Virus record (IMG/VR): IMGVR_UViG_3300031993_000032 | Direction: 5' to 3' (one strand) | Length of the DNA stretch: 64,000 nucleotides | DNA from: a virus | Lineage: Duplodnaviria; Heunggongvirae; Uroviricota; Caudoviricetes | In this document: positions 9,199 through 19,147 of the stretch, in pieces | How the letters are laid out: each line of letters starts with the position of its first letter | Position numbering within the stretch: position 1 is the first letter of the stretch | Position numbers and translations under genes: made by a program | The notes under the pieces: model-generated | What the model was told of the DNA's origin: nothing | Seen by the model: the letters and a program-made list of their open reading frames with translations, nothing else | Databases searched by the model: none

Positions 9199-9558
9199 CT
9201 ACGACCAGTAGTGGAACATGCTGGTGTTTCCGTCTAGGATAGCCACGAAATGGTCTGCGGAACTGGCCGACGGCGATTCGGCGAGCTTGCCAGCGGCAAA
9301 GTCCTTCAATACATCATAGGCAAGCTCCTCGTCTGCGCTCTTGCCGTCATCGAGCAAGGCGATAGAGTTCCGTGTTCGGTCGAAAGCGATAGTAAAGTCC
9401 ACGACACGACCATCGGCTGTCGTTACCTTGACAAAGTCTTGAGAACCTTCCATTCCGTCGAGCACATCATCGACAGACAGCCCCTCGAACATCTCGCCGA
9501 GCTCATCGTAGTCAGTGCCGAACACCTTAAATACAAGTTGATTGTTTGGCGTCATCAT
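9199..9558 (-). CDS. hypothetical protein (119 aa)
   Basis: ORF 9199..9660 trimmed to the ATGATG that follows an AAGGAG RBS. Confidence 0.5.
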   Translation of the reverse strand: MMTPNNQLVFKVFGTDYDELGEMFEGLSVDDVLDGMEGSQDFVKVTTADGRVVDFTIAFDRTRNSIALLDDGKSADEELAYDVLKDFAAGKLAESPSASSADHFVAILDGNTSMFHYWS

Positions 9559-9631
9559 AAGAAACTCCTTGGTTGAGGTTTGTATAAAGGGAATAAGACG
9601 GCGAGGCAGTCCCGCCGACCGTTCGCCAGTC

Positions 9632-9970
9632 CTAGAAGGTGTACCGATATCCAAGTACACGGTTTCCGTGAACTACCAGCTGGAAAATGCAATTCTTGAG
9701 CTGACGAGGCAAGGTTACGTGTACGGCCTCGGCAAGTATGCTATTAGACTTTGAACGGCCTACAAATATTTCTCGGAGCTCGTCCCAGCAACGTTTCTTT
9801 TTGTTCCACTTGTAGAGAATAGTTTTTACCCAAGCGGCATCATTGTTTGTTTCCCATAATTTTTCATCAATACGGTCTCTGACGGCACACAGCTTGTTAG
9901 CTATCGTGTGAACGGCGGCGGCTCGTTTCGGCGGGAGCGTAGTAGTTTCGTTTTTGTAATAATCCTTCAT
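9632..9970 (-). CDS. hypothetical basic protein
   Basis: ORF track. AAGGAG RBS. Confidence 0.55.
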   Translation of the reverse strand: MKDYYKNETTTLPPKRAAAVHTIANKLCAVRDRIDEKLWETNNDAAWVKTILYKWNKKKRCWDELREIFVGRSKSNSILAEAVHVTLPRQLKNCIFQLVVHGNRVLGYRYTF

Positions 9971-10037
9971 AAGTAATCTCCTTGGTTGTATAAAGGGAAT
10001 AAGACGGCGAGGCAGTCCCGCCGTCGATGTTTCAGCC

Positions 10038-10442
10038 CTACACCCTCATCGTGTAGGAATCTTCGCACCAGCCCTCGATGTAAGCTGGATAGCCCTCGTG
10101 GGTTCCGTAAAAGAACTTGATGCCTCGCTCGTCTTGGTTGTCGGCGATAATCTCACGGCGGTGGGCCATAAGATACGCTCTGTCTTCCGCAGTAGCCAAA
10201 AGCCACTTGGAATCCTTCTCGCCCTCGTTCGCCGTCCACAGTGCGTGACCGTACTGTTCCTCGCCAGCGATTCGGACGGCCTGGATAGCGTCGGCTCGCT
10301 TCGTGAGGTCGAGCTTGTAAGTTTCGGCAGCCTTGCGGACTCTCTGTTCAAGTTCCTCGCCGTCGCCCATGCCCCAGTTCTGATACAGATACGCCAGCGT
10401 TTCGCCGTCGTGCTTCAGTCGGAAAATAAGTCTATCGCTCAT
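10038..10442 (-). CDS. hypothetical protein (135 aa)
   Basis: ORF 10038..10640 trimmed to Met67 after an AAGGAG RBS. Confidence 0.55.
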   Translation of the reverse strand: MSDRLIFRLKHDGETLAYLYQNWGMGDGEELEQRVRKAAETYKLDLTKRADAIQAVRIAGEEQYGHALWTANEGEKDSKWLLATAEDRAYLMAHRREIIADNQDERGIKFFYGTHEGYPAYIEGWCEDSYTMRV

Positions 10443-10473
10443 ATTGAATCTCCTTGGTTGTATAGAGTAGATA

Positions 10474-10866
10474 CTACTTCGAGGCAGTCCCGTGGGCTGC
10501 CTTCCAGTCGGTGATTGTAATCGTGAAGCACACACAAGTGGTCTTGGCTTCAGCTTCGGTGTCGGCGAGCATGAACAGGACGGAAGGGTCATGACCGCAC
10601 GCCACGATTGCGTTGGGGTAGGCGTTCGCGATGTTCTCACGCATGGACTTCAGACAAGCGATGATGTTCTCTGCGAGCACGGAATCAGAGCCGCACTTGC
10701 TAGGGTCTTCTGCGTTCACTGCGTCGGCAATGTCCTGGGCACGCTTGTGCGTTTTGTCGTTGTTCAAAAGAAATTCAGCGGTGTGCGACTGCATATAGTC
10801 ACGCACCCTATTGTATGCGGTTTGGTTAAGTTCCTTGACGAGCTTGCTATCAAAAGGCCAGTTCAT
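10474..10866 (-). CDS. hypothetical protein whose 3' end reads through the cassette hairpin
   Basis: ORF track. AAGGAG RBS. Confidence 0.55.
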   Translation of the reverse strand: MNWPFDSKLVKELNQTAYNRVRDYMQSHTAEFLLNNDKTHKRAQDIADAVNAEDPSKCGSDSVLAENIIACLKSMRENIANAYPNAIVACGHDPSVLFMLADTEAEAKTTCVCFTITITDWKAAHGTASK

Positions 10867-10977
10867 AATAACTCCTTGGTTAAGTCAGAAATAAAATATA
10901 ACATAAAGGCAGTCTCGTGTCAATACTGCCAGTCCGAGCACTATATTTTAAACAAAAAAGGGGCTTTCGCCCCTGGA

Positions 10978-11370
10978 TTAGTATTCTTTTACGGTTTCCC
11001 AAATGTCAGCTGTAATCCGCTGGCCGTCATCGGTTTCTACCGTCATCGTAGTGTAGTCGCCGTCATCATCGCCGTCGTCATCGCCGTCGTCTTCGCCGTT
11101 AGGCAAGTAGTCAATCTGATAGATAGTTTCGTAGTCGATTTCGTCGTGCAGCTTACCGTCATCGCTTGCATTCCAGCCACCGAACTGGTCAATGTAATTT
11201 TCGATGTCGTCGCACATCGCCTTGCGAGCCTTTTTCAGAGTGTTAAATACTTTCGGCTCATTGACATCGCTTTCACCGTGGCGGTCGTGCCAGTCGCAGA
11301 CCAGTACATAGACGGTTTTGCCGAGAACAGCTTCGGCTTCGATTAACTTGACATTTTTCTTCTGTGCCAT
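10978..11370 (-). CDS. hypothetical acidic protein with (D/G)D repeats
   Basis: ORF track. GGAG RBS. Terminator downstream at 10945-10975. Confidence 0.55.
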   Translation of the reverse strand: MAQKKNVKLIEAEAVLGKTVYVLVCDWHDRHGESDVNEPKVFNTLKKARKAMCDDIENYIDQFGGWNASDDGKLHDEIDYETIYQIDYLPNGEDDGDDDGDDDGDYTTMTVETDDGQRITADIWETVKEY

Positions 11371-11437
11371 ATCGGTACTCCGTGTTGAGGTTTGTATAAA
11401 GGGAATAGGACGACGGTGCAGTCCCGTCGACTGGTTA

Positions 11438-11740
11438 TCAGTCGATAATCCGTACTCGGTTCTCTACACGCCAAGTAATCGTATTCGGCTTGTCTGCTGT
11501 TTCCCAAAAGGTAAACGACGCAGTCGGATTATCGTTCAGTTCAAAGCTCATTTTGCATGTTTGCTTGCTGTCTACATGACGTTGAGTAAGGTCTTTAATG
11601 TCGTCCCAAATCTGCTGGATAATAGCATTTTTATCCTCACTGTAATAAGTCGGCCCCCATTGGGCGGCTGATACATTACCATACTGAATCTGACGGACAA
11701 GTTCAAATGCTGGTACGAGTGTATGATCTTTGTTTGCCAT
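11438..11740 (-). CDS. hypothetical protein
   Basis: ORF track. AAGGAG RBS. Confidence 0.55.
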   Translation of the reverse strand: MANKDHTLVPAFELVRQIQYGNVSAAQWGPTYYSEDKNAIIQQIWDDIKDLTQRHVDSKQTCKMSFELNDNPTASFTFWETADKPNTITWRVENRVRIID

Positions 11741-11862
11741 AATGAATCTCCTTGGTTGAGGTTTGTATAATCATAATGCACCGTCGAGGCAGTCCCGCAG
11801 AGAGACTGCCAGTATCCGGATCGCTGCATAAAGGAAACAGTCCCCATAAGGGGACCTGGTTC

Positions 11863-12192
11863 CTACTTGTTGCGAGCTTTCTTTGCATTGGGGATAGGGT
11901 CTTTGCCAGTATACTTCCACTGGCTAGACGAATACGACCAGTACAGACGACCTTCCGCGTCTTCATGCAGCGTACACGACGCAATAATTTCGTAGGTCTT
12001 CGGCACACGATAGTACAGATTCACGTCCCACTTCTTAAGGTCGCAAATGTCTACATTGCGTTCCTTGGCGAGGGCGACGACTTCTGCATAGGTCGCACCA
12101 GCGAAGCTCAAAGAAATTCTGTTACCCCATTCGTCTGGAGAACCAGCGGAATAAATAGAAAGGTTGTAATAGTTTTTTGTCTTCTTTGCCAT
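11863..12192 (-). CDS. hypothetical protein (109 aa)
   Basis: ORF 11863..12231 trimmed to Met14 after an AAGGAG RBS. Confidence 0.55.
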   Translation of the reverse strand: MAKKTKNYYNLSIYSAGSPDEWGNRISLSFAGATYAEVVALAKERNVDICDLKKWDVNLYYRVPKTYEIIASCTLHEDAEGRLYWSYSSSQWKYTGKDPIPNAKKARNK

Positions 12193-12358
12193 AGTAGGCT
12201 CCTTGTTAGTGGTTGAGGTTTGTATAGTCATAATACACCGTCGAGGCAGTCCCGCACAGTTACTGCCAGTCTTCCGGATCGAATCCGCTGGAAAAAGTGA
12301 CGCCGCCAGTCACCCAGCGGCGTCGCCCAACACGCCAGCCCACCACGGCTGGCACCAC

Positions 12359-12700
12359 CTACATCCACTCTTCGCCGTGAACCTTGCGGAGCTCGCCCAG
12401 CGTGCTCTTGAGAGGCTTCACGCTGATGTCACGCTCGATGGTCAACCCCAGTGGCAGCTTGAGGCTCTCCAGCTCGTCGATGCTGATAGAGCCCAGTTCC
12501 AGACCGTAGCCCAACGTGGCTGCACCGAACACGATGCGACCGTCGTCGTAGCTGTCATCTTCCAGCACGTACCACGTACCAGCACCAGTAGGGTTAAAGA
12601 AGCGTGCGATAACCTTCTTGTCGTCCAGTTCCACGTTCTCGGTAGAGCCATACGGCGTATTCTTGATTGCTTCTTCGATTTCCTTGGTAATCAGCTTCAT
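12359..12700 (-). CDS. hypothetical protein
   Basis: ORF track. AAGGAG RBS. Double-hairpin terminator downstream at 12285-12350. Confidence 0.6.
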   Translation of the reverse strand: MKLITKEIEEAIKNTPYGSTENVELDDKKVIARFFNPTGAGTWYVLEDDSYDDGRIVFGAATLGYGLELGSISIDELESLKLPLGLTIERDISVKPLKSTLGELRKVHGEEWM

Positions 12701-12784
12701 AAGAGCTCCTTGGTTGAGGTTTGTATAGTCAGAATACTCCGGCGAGGCAGTCCCGTCGGAGTCCAGCCAGTCGCTGTCGGCAGA

Positions 12785-13054
12785 CTAGCCCAGCCTCATG
12801 TAGATATCAAGGAATGCGTTTGCTGCGCACACGAGCTCGCTGATGGTCGTCACCTTTCCGGATGCCAGCAGCTTTCGACGGTTCGCCGTCAGATCGACGA
12901 GGTGGATGCGGTACTTGGTCTTGTCCTTGGTGAGCGTCGTACGGATCTCACGGTTATCGAGGGCACGCTTCGACGGTATCGCCTTGTGACAGACGTATTT
13001 GTCCTTCTCCTCATGGAAGTAGATGTTAAATGGTCCGATGTCCGATTCTTGCAT
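12785..13054 (-). CDS. hypothetical basic protein
   Basis: ORF track. Its RBS (GTAGGAGG) is formed by the last codons of the micropeptide immediately upstream. Confidence 0.55.
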   Translation of the reverse strand: MQESDIGPFNIYFHEEKDKYVCHKAIPSKRALDNREIRTTLTKDKTKYRIHLVDLTANRRKLLASGKVTTISELVCAANAFLDIYMRLG

Positions 13055-13055
13055 A

Positions 13056-13112
13056 TTAGCCTCCTACGCGCTTCTTGGACGGTTTGACGATTCTGCTCTG
13101 ATTCTTGGCCAT
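13056..13112 (-). CDS. 18-aa basic micropeptide MAKNQSRIVKPSKKRVGG (paralog b)
   Basis: ORF 13056..13250 trimmed to Met47. TAAGGAGA RBS. Terminator and a candidate promoter lie upstream. Confidence 0.35.
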   Translation of the reverse strand: MAKNQSRIVKPSKKRVGG

Positions 13113-13198
13113 TTGTGTCTCCTTATTATATATTGGTTGATTTGATTGCTTTGTAAAATATAAAAAGATGGGCGGCGACACCGTCGCCCATTTCTGTA

Positions 13199-13840
13199 TT
13201 AGTCGCAGTGGTCGAAGGACTTGCTTCTGCCGTCCCACGGATAGCACCACATGAAATTTCTATAGCGGAGCACTGCGGAGCCGTTGCCATCTGGGTCGAC
13301 CTTGATGGTGCGCTGTCCGTAAACAAAGCCGTCTGTGTCTACGAACCGTTCGCCGTCATATAAATTGCTATGATTCTCGAACTCGTCCAGCGGCACCGTA
13401 GTTCCAGAGAACATGTCGTCGTGCTTTTCCATCTGTTCCAGTATGCGGAGCGTCACGAACTGCTTAGTACGCTTGATGACCTTGAAGAAGGTCACCATAG
13501 CCATCGTAGCGCCCCAGCAGCTGTAGTAGATGTCGCCGACTTGGATGTCGCTCGCACTCGTGGGCGTGTGTGTGACGACGGCGTAGCCTGGATTCTCCTT
13601 GATGTAGGTGGCGACTGCTTCCTTTGTCGCTCTGATGTTCTTCGACCACGTGCCGAGAATGAACTCGTCGTCACTGTAGTACAAGTGCATCTTGTTGAGC
13701 TCTGCGTCGGTAGGGTCCTGGTCGTTGAGCTTCATAACGGCCTTTTTGATGCGCTTTTCTGCGACAGCCATCGACTGACGCATAATCATCATCTGTTCGA
13801 ACGTGGGCTTGGTTTCAATGAACTGGTCAACGGTCATCAT
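13199..13840 (-). CDS. hypothetical protein (213 aa)
   Basis: ORF track. AAGGAG RBS. Confidence 0.6.
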   Translation of the reverse strand: MMTVDQFIETKPTFEQMMIMRQSMAVAEKRIKKAVMKLNDQDPTDAELNKMHLYYSDDEFILGTWSKNIRATKEAVATYIKENPGYAVVTHTPTSASDIQVGDIYYSCWGATMAMVTFFKVIKRTKQFVTLRILEQMEKHDDMFSGTTVPLDEFENHSNLYDGERFVDTDGFVYGQRTIKVDPDGNGSAVLRYRNFMWCYPWDGRSKSFDHCD

Positions 13841-13911
13841 AGGTAACTCCTTGTTGCGGTTTGTATAATGGGAATAGATCGGCGAGGCAGTCCCGCCGAT
13901 CGATATCCAGT

Positions 13912-14166
13912 CTATACCAAGATTTCTATGTCGTCGGCGTCAGACTCTTTGTAAGCGTCCTTTACCGTCTGTGGGATATTGTCGTCGTCGGTGAGCCAGC
14001 AGCCAGGCAAATAAGAGTCGCCGCCACCTAACGCAATATCGCCACGGTTTATCTTGGTCTTTATCGGCGAGCTGTCGCCGTTGACGACCATCAAAAGTTC
14101 CTTTTCCGTGAGTTCCACGGTGGCGCTCAATCTGAACGTGATTGCATATTTTTTCTTGCGAGCCAT
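13912..14166 (-). CDS. hypothetical protein
   Basis: ORF track. AAGGAG RBS. Confidence 0.55.
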   Translation of the reverse strand: MARKKKYAITFRLSATVELTEKELLMVVNGDSSPIKTKINRGDIALGGGDSYLPGCWLTDDDNIPQTVKDAYKESDADDIEILV

Positions 14167-14283
14167 AAGTAATTCTCCTTGGTTTGTTCAAAGATAAAAT
14201 ATAACTAAATAACAGTCCCGTGTCAATACTGTCAGTCGATTTAGTTAATTTATAAACACGAAAAGGGGTTTGCGCCCCTAATT

Positions 14284-14730
14284 CTAGTGTTCCAGCGGGT
14301 CGTAGTCACGACCGTCATAGCAAATCACATACTCACCGATGGCGTAGATAACCGATTCCTTCAGCCCCTTGGTAGGCTTGGTCTTGTAGGTACGGCACTC
14401 GGTGACTTCCTTGATATGGTGGTCTACCACCTTACGCACACGGCGTTCGGAACGCCAACCGACAATGCCCACGAGCACGGCGTTGCAGCAGTAGCTATCA
14501 GGGTAGCTCAGGAAGTCGCCGTACTTCTTGTCTACCGTCTTGTAGAACCGGTCACGGCGGAGCTTGGTCAGGTTGTCCGTAGAGTCCACCTTGACCGTGA
14601 TGCCGTCACTACCGCTATGGTCACGTGTGTACGGAATCTGACGCATCCACCAATTCTTGAAGTCCGTTTCGGCATATCCAGGACGGAACTTAATCTTGTA
14701 CACTTCTTTTGCACTAACGTAATGACCCAT
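14284..14730 (-). CDS. hypothetical protein
   Basis: ORF track. AAGGAG RBS. Terminator downstream at 14250-14280. Confidence 0.6.
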   Translation of the reverse strand: MGHYVSAKEVYKIKFRPGYAETDFKNWWMRQIPYTRDHSGSDGITVKVDSTDNLTKLRRDRFYKTVDKKYGDFLSYPDSYCCNAVLVGIVGWRSERRVRKVVDHHIKEVTECRTYKTKPTKGLKESVIYAIGEYVICYDGRDYDPLEH

Positions 14731-14800
14731 ATTAACTCCTTAGTTGATTGTTGTTGGGGTTTGTATAGAAGGAATAGGACTGCTGGGCAGTCCCGTCCCT

Positions 14801-15244
14801 TTATTCCCAGTCGCCCAGCTTCTTTGCGAGCTGTCTGACCTTACCAATATCTCGGTCAATTTCAAAGGGGAACATCTGCGTATCTCTGTGCTCCCAGTCC
14901 CTCGGATAGCGTCGCAAGAATTCCCACATTTGTGCCACGTACTTGCCATACGGCTGTTCAATGCCCTTGATGCATTCTTCCATCGTGACTTTAAACGAAT
15001 CCAGCGGAAGCCTCTTGAGCGTGCGGAGCATAGCACCGCACTCCACAAAGAAGTCCAGCACCTTGTTCGCCTTGACCTTGTCGGCTTTGCCGTATGTACA
15101 ACAGTAATTATCTCGCATGCGGTTGCGTGTTGCGTTCACGTTCCATTCGTTTTGAAAAATCTTGTGCTCACGCTTGAAAATCTCATTCGAGTGGAATTCT
15201 TCACGGTGCTGCGGTATGTTGATGGTTTGTGTTACGAAAAACAT
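14801..15244 (-). CDS. hypothetical protein
   Basis: ORF track. AAGGAG RBS. Confidence 0.6.
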   Translation of the reverse strand: MFFVTQTINIPQHREEFHSNEIFKREHKIFQNEWNVNATRNRMRDNYCCTYGKADKVKANKVLDFFVECGAMLRTLKRLPLDSFKVTMEECIKGIEQPYGKYVAQMWEFLRRYPRDWEHRDTQMFPFEIDRDIGKVRQLAKKLGDWE

Positions 15245-15370
15245 GGTTAACTCCTTGTTGAGGTTACATAAAAATAATAAGACGCCGGAGCAGTCCCGCT
15301 GTCCAGTAGCCAGTCCGGCATGTCTGTGTAAAAGGAAATAGGGGACGGACGGGCGTCCGCCCCCAAGGAG

Positions 15371-15616
15371 CTAGATAGTAAAGCCCAATTCAAGCACCTT
15401 GCTCGTGGAGTTGTCTGAGTTGACTGCCAGCACACGCACAACAGAGTGCGGTGGAAGCCCCACATACTCGGCCACGGCCTTGTCAATGACCTTGCCAGTA
15501 ATTAAATCGTCAAGCTCGGCAAGCGGATAGTCAAATACAGTGCCGCCGGCAAGCCCACTGCCTTCAATGAAATTGTATGCGGCTTTGGAAAGGTTGATAA
15601 AGGTCTTCTGTAACAT
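15371..15616 (-). CDS. hypothetical protein
   Basis: ORF track. AAGGAG RBS. Confidence 0.55.
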   Translation of the reverse strand: MLQKTFINLSKAAYNFIEGSGLAGGTVFDYPLAELDDLITGKVIDKAVAEYVGLPPHSVVRVLAVNSDNSTSKVLELGFTI

Positions 15617-15683
15617 ATTCTAGCTCCTTGTTTGTATAGAATAAATATAACATACTGGCAGTCCCGTGAGGGAACAGCCAGTC

Positions 15684-15770
15684 TGTGGATAAAGTGTGAA
15701 TAATGTGGAATAAATTGTTTAGATCTTGTGGATAACTTGTTAATAAATATGTTGATATACTGTTAATAAA
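15684..15770. promoter_or_regulatory. DnaA-box cluster: 2 perfect TGTGGATAA (15684-15692, 15727-15735) plus 2 near-perfect boxes and a TGTTAATAAA direct repeat, in AT-rich DNA
   Basis: Read directly from the sequence. The consensus TTATCCACA/TGTGGATAA is established knowledge. Confidence 0.55.
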
Positions 15771-15798
15771 ACGTCAAAAGGGGATTTCGCCCCTTAAG

Positions 15799-16395
15799 TT
15801 ATCCTTTCTTTTGTGATTCTTCCCAGCGATTGAGAGCCGCACGACAAGCATCAGTTCCGTCGCCGCACCACTCTTCCAGATAGTCCCAGCCAGTAGAACC
15901 GATTCTGTTCTGGTATCTATCCAGATAGAATCCGCACATACCACCGAAGCAAGACAGCGTCGCCACAGCGGAATGAACCTTATGCTTGACCGTCTCCGTT
16001 TCCAGAGGGTCGTCGCCCTCAATGTCTTCAAGCGACTCACGACCCATCAGCACTCGGCAGCCGTAGTCGAAGAGGTCTTGTTCGTCGGTCGGACGACCGT
16101 CGCCGTCGCCAACCTTCTTAAGCGTCGCCTCGTTGCAGCACTTCGCCAGAGGCACGAGGAACAGTTCCACTTCGACCTTACCCTTGCAGCTCTTGTAGCC
16201 ACACAGACCGTAGAGGTCATCTGCATCCACCACGAGCTTGAACTCGACTGGCTTCTCGTCATCACCCAGATAGCACTTGTATGTAGACTTCGACCACAGC
16301 AACCAGCGAGAGCCGTCATTATAAGTGTTCTCCACGTGGTCATCGAGCTTGAAGTCGTCAATTACGGTGGACACATTTCCAAATTCGTATTTCAT
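15799..16395 (-). CDS. hypothetical Cys-rich acidic protein
   Basis: ORF track. AAGGAG RBS. Terminator downstream at 15775-15800. Confidence 0.6.
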   Translation of the reverse strand: MKYEFGNVSTVIDDFKLDDHVENTYNDGSRWLLWSKSTYKCYLGDDEKPVEFKLVVDADDLYGLCGYKSCKGKVEVELFLVPLAKCCNEATLKKVGDGDGRPTDEQDLFDYGCRVLMGRESLEDIEGDDPLETETVKHKVHSAVATLSCFGGMCGFYLDRYQNRIGSTGWDYLEEWCGDGTDACRAALNRWEESQKKG

Positions 16396-16520
16396 AGTAG
16401 CTCCTTGTTAGGTTTGTTTCTGTTACATAATCATAATACTCTGGATAGGCAGTCCCGTCACGATGCTGCCAGTCGCTACATATATGATCGATCGATACAG
16501 CCGGTTTGTAAAACGACAAA

Positions 16521-16551
16521 TAAAAAAGGGGCTTTCGCCCCTTTAAATTTC
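16521..16551. terminator. bidirectional intrinsic terminator AAAAAAGGGGCTTTCGCCCCTTTAAA
   Basis: Read directly from the sequence. Near-identical GGGGCTTTCGCCCC hairpins at 10945, 17265 and 21150. Confidence 0.6.
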
Positions 16552-17139
16552 CTCGCCGTCAAGCTTTATTATGTCATTGCAGAGCCAAGGAATTTCTTGA
16601 ATGACTCTTGCATAGACGGACACATTTATATTGCCCTCGTATTCTACGCCCTCAAGATACTTCTCCAGCATATATTCAATGCTTTGAGGTTGTTCCCTAT
16701 TATACTTCTCGTTGGCGTTGTTATTCGCCTCAAATACTTCGATGACAGCGTTCTCCAGCGTCGCCTTGATGGCCTCATAGATACCGTCAGCGGACACGAG
16801 GTCAGCCGTCGCCGTCGAATCGCCGTCGCCTGGGTCGGAGCAGCTTGGGTCAGACCAGCAGATAGTCGGCGCTTCATACCAGCCGTTGACCTCGACCGTG
16901 CCGATTTCAGCACACTCACACTCGCCCAGCAGAGAGGACAAGTCAGTGAGGACAGCCTTAAGCTCCTCTTCCGTGCCGTAGGGCTTGTAGCGTTCCAACA
17001 GCTCGTCATTGAACTGGACATTGACATAACCGTCGCCACCGTCACACTCTGCGCTTACCAGAGAGGCTTTGGCGTCGAACCCTTCGACAAATTTCAGATA
17101 CAGCGTGTTCTCTTCGTGGGTGTATTCTCTTCTTGACAT
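16543..17139 (-). CDS. hypothetical acidic protein
   Basis: ORF track. AAGGAG RBS. Bidirectional terminator at 16521-16551. Confidence 0.6.
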   Translation of the reverse strand: MSRREYTHEENTLYLKFVEGFDAKASLVSAECDGGDGYVNVQFNDELLERYKPYGTEEELKAVLTDLSSLLGECECAEIGTVEVNGWYEAPTICWSDPSCSDPGDGDSTATADLVSADGIYEAIKATLENAVIEVFEANNNANEKYNREQPQSIEYMLEKYLEGVEYEGNINVSVYARVIQEIPWLCNDIIKLDGEEI

Positions 17140-17288
17140 AGGTCATTCTCCTTGTGAGTGGTGGTGTTACATAGATACAATACCTGTCGAGGACAGTCCC
17201 GTCATGAGGCTGCCAGTCTTGGATATATTATCGCATAATCCTGGGAATTTGTCAATAGGAACATAAAAAAAGGGGCTTTCGCCCCAGT

Positions 17289-17438
17289 TTAACGGTGCCT
17301 GACACTATCAAGGAGCGCAAGCATATTGAACATCTGATGACCACGGAGAAAACCAAGTCTCGTGTCATTGTCCAGTGCTTGATATTCACTGATGGTCATG
17401 CCGTGCTGTTCTTTCAGATACTGTTCAAAGTTAGTCAT
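17289..17438 (-). CDS. small 49-aa ORF
   Basis: Below the ORF-track cut-off. AAGGGGA RBS. Tightly packed with two neighbouring small ORFs. Confidence 0.3.
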   Translation of the reverse strand: MTNFEQYLKEQHGMTISEYQALDNDTRLGFLRGHQMFNMLALLDSVRHR

Positions 17439-17450
17439 AGTATTATCCCC

Positions 17451-17594
17451 TTACCAGCCGTAAACCAAAGTTGCTTTGCCGAAGTGGGGCTGCAACGGTT
17501 TCTTTTGAACTTCTTTCTTTACGGTGTCGCTCACGGTTACGGTGACCGTGACGCGCTTACCGTCTACATTCATTTTGGTCGTCTGCGTAGCCAT
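17451..17594 (-). CDS. small 47-aa ORF
   Basis: AGGAGA RBS. Confidence 0.3.
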   Translation of the reverse strand: MATQTTKMNVDGKRVTVTVTVSDTVKKEVQKKPLQPHFGKATLVYGW

Positions 17595-17603
17595 AATTTT
17601 CTC

Positions 17604-17780
17604 CTAGCAGTCATAGCTCTTGTCTAACCCATAGATACTGGTCAGAACTCTGTTAGCGATTTCACGAGGCGTCTTGCCAGCATTGAACAGTCGCTTTGCA
17701 AAGGCGAAGTCGTCTCTCCCAAGATACTTGAAGCCAGCCAGCGAGCAGACCATCTTGACTTCTTTCCAAACCTTTAACAT
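17604..17780 (-). CDS. small 58-aa ORF
   Basis: CCAAGGAG RBS. Confidence 0.3.
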   Translation of the reverse strand: MLKVWKEVKMVCSLAGFKYLGRDDFAFAKRLFNAGKTPREIANRVLTSIYGLDKSYDC

Positions 17781-17819
17781 GTCATCTCCTTGGTTATGGG
17801 TGAAGGGAAAAGAAGAGCG

Positions 17820-18107
17820 TTACACGCTCTTCTTGAAGTCGGCGGCGATAGCGTCGCACATTGCGTCAAATTCAGCCTTGACTTCGTCGGCGTTCATCTC
17901 GTTCTTGGGAGCGAAGCCTGGAGTCGGCGAGCGGCTGTCAATGTTCAGCGTGTGTTCGCCAGCGACGAGCGACTTGAACTGTCCGTTGACGGAACTCACG
18001 GTAGTGTCAACGCCTACCATAAATTTGCACTGCTTGTTGGTGTCGCTGTTGAGCACGCAGATAGCGTACATATTGGCACGGAACGGCATGACTTGAATCT
18101 GGTACAT
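17820..18107 (-). CDS. hypothetical protein
   Basis: ORF track. AAGGAG RBS. Confidence 0.5.
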   Translation of the reverse strand: MYQIQVMPFRANMYAICVLNSDTNKQCKFMVGVDTTVSSVNGQFKSLVAGEHTLNIDSRSPTPGFAPKNEMNADEVKAEFDAMCDAIAADFKKSV

Positions 18108-18189
18108 TGGATAACTCCTTTTTTAATTTTGTTTGTTTGTATAGGATAAATAGGGGAACGGTGCAGTCCCGTTCCCCTTGGGTCAGTCG

Positions 18190-18525
18190 TTAGGCAATTG
18201 CCGCCTGGTATTTTTCCAACACGACATTTTCAATGTGTTCACGGAGCGCTCTCGTCGTAGGGTTCACGACGGTTCTGAACTCTTCGCCCTTATAGAAGGG
18301 GTCTACTGGGTAGCCGACAAATAATCCGTTCTCTCCGTCCATGATACGGAGCCCACGGATTACAAGCGAGTCATTCAGAACAACTTGTGCGACACCCTTG
18401 ATGTGTCCTAGGGTTGCCCCATCGCTGAACGGAAAAACTTGTACCGCAGTTACCACCATATCATAATGGGGCTTTTCAGATTCTTTTACTTCGTCCATAG
18501 TAGGAACTTTCTTTTTCGTAACCAT
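18190..18525 (-). CDS. spoVG: SpoVG-family protein
   Basis: Recognised the SpoVG signature by eye (VQVFPFSDGATLGHIKGVAQVVLNDSLVIRGLRIMDGENGLFVGYP). AGGAGA RBS. Confidence 0.65.
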   Translation of the reverse strand: MVTKKKVPTMDEVKESEKPHYDMVVTAVQVFPFSDGATLGHIKGVAQVVLNDSLVIRGLRIMDGENGLFVGYPVDPFYKGEEFRTVVNPTTRALREHIENVVLEKYQAAIA

Positions 18526-18658
18526 ATCGCTATCTCCTGGTTGATTGTTTCATATATAATAAATATCCTGGCAAGGCACGCCCGTCCGCACACTGTCAGT
18601 CCCTGGTGCCTGGAAAAGAAAATAAAAAGGTCTAGGGAATAATCCCTAGACCTTGCTC

Positions 18659-19147
18659 TTAAAAGAACCGCAATACGATTTCTCCGTTCGGCTTTCTGAC
18701 GATTTCGCCTATGACCTTTTCCTTCGGCTCGGTCTTGGGTGGAACCTTGACCGCAGTCGGCTTGACAGTCTGCACCGCTACGATGGGTGGGTCGCTCTCC
18801 GGTACGTGGTGCGGTGCGGAGCCACCACCGAAGCCCAACCCAGCCACGTAGACCATACCGCTGTGGGTCTGTCTGCGGTCATCGTCTGCGAGGACGATGG
18901 GCTTGGGGCGTCCGTTGGAGCCCCTCACGATGACCACGTCCGTGGGGTTCGGATGAGCCGTAGCCTGGATGAACTCGCCCATATCGGCATCGTCCATCTG
19001 CACGAGCACCTTGATGAGTGCTTCGTCAGTCGGATTCAGTGCCGTTGTCGGCTTGGGGAAGGTTGGCTTGTTGTACTTGCGGTTGCGTGTGTATCGCTTC
19101 TTGCCCTTGCTATAAGAGCCTTTAGGTGTTCCGAATCCCATAGTCAT
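18659..19147 (-). CDS. hypothetical protein, basic N-terminus, Pro-rich
   Basis: ORF track. AAGGAG RBS. The start is probably Met3. Confidence 0.5.
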   Translation of the reverse strand: MTMGFGTPKGSYSKGKKRYTRNRKYNKPTFPKPTTALNPTDEALIKVLVQMDDADMGEFIQATAHPNPTDVVIVRGSNGRPKPIVLADDDRRQTHSGMVYVAGLGFGGGSAPHHVPESDPPIVAVQTVKPTAVKVPPKTEPKEKVIGEIVRKPNGEIVLRFF

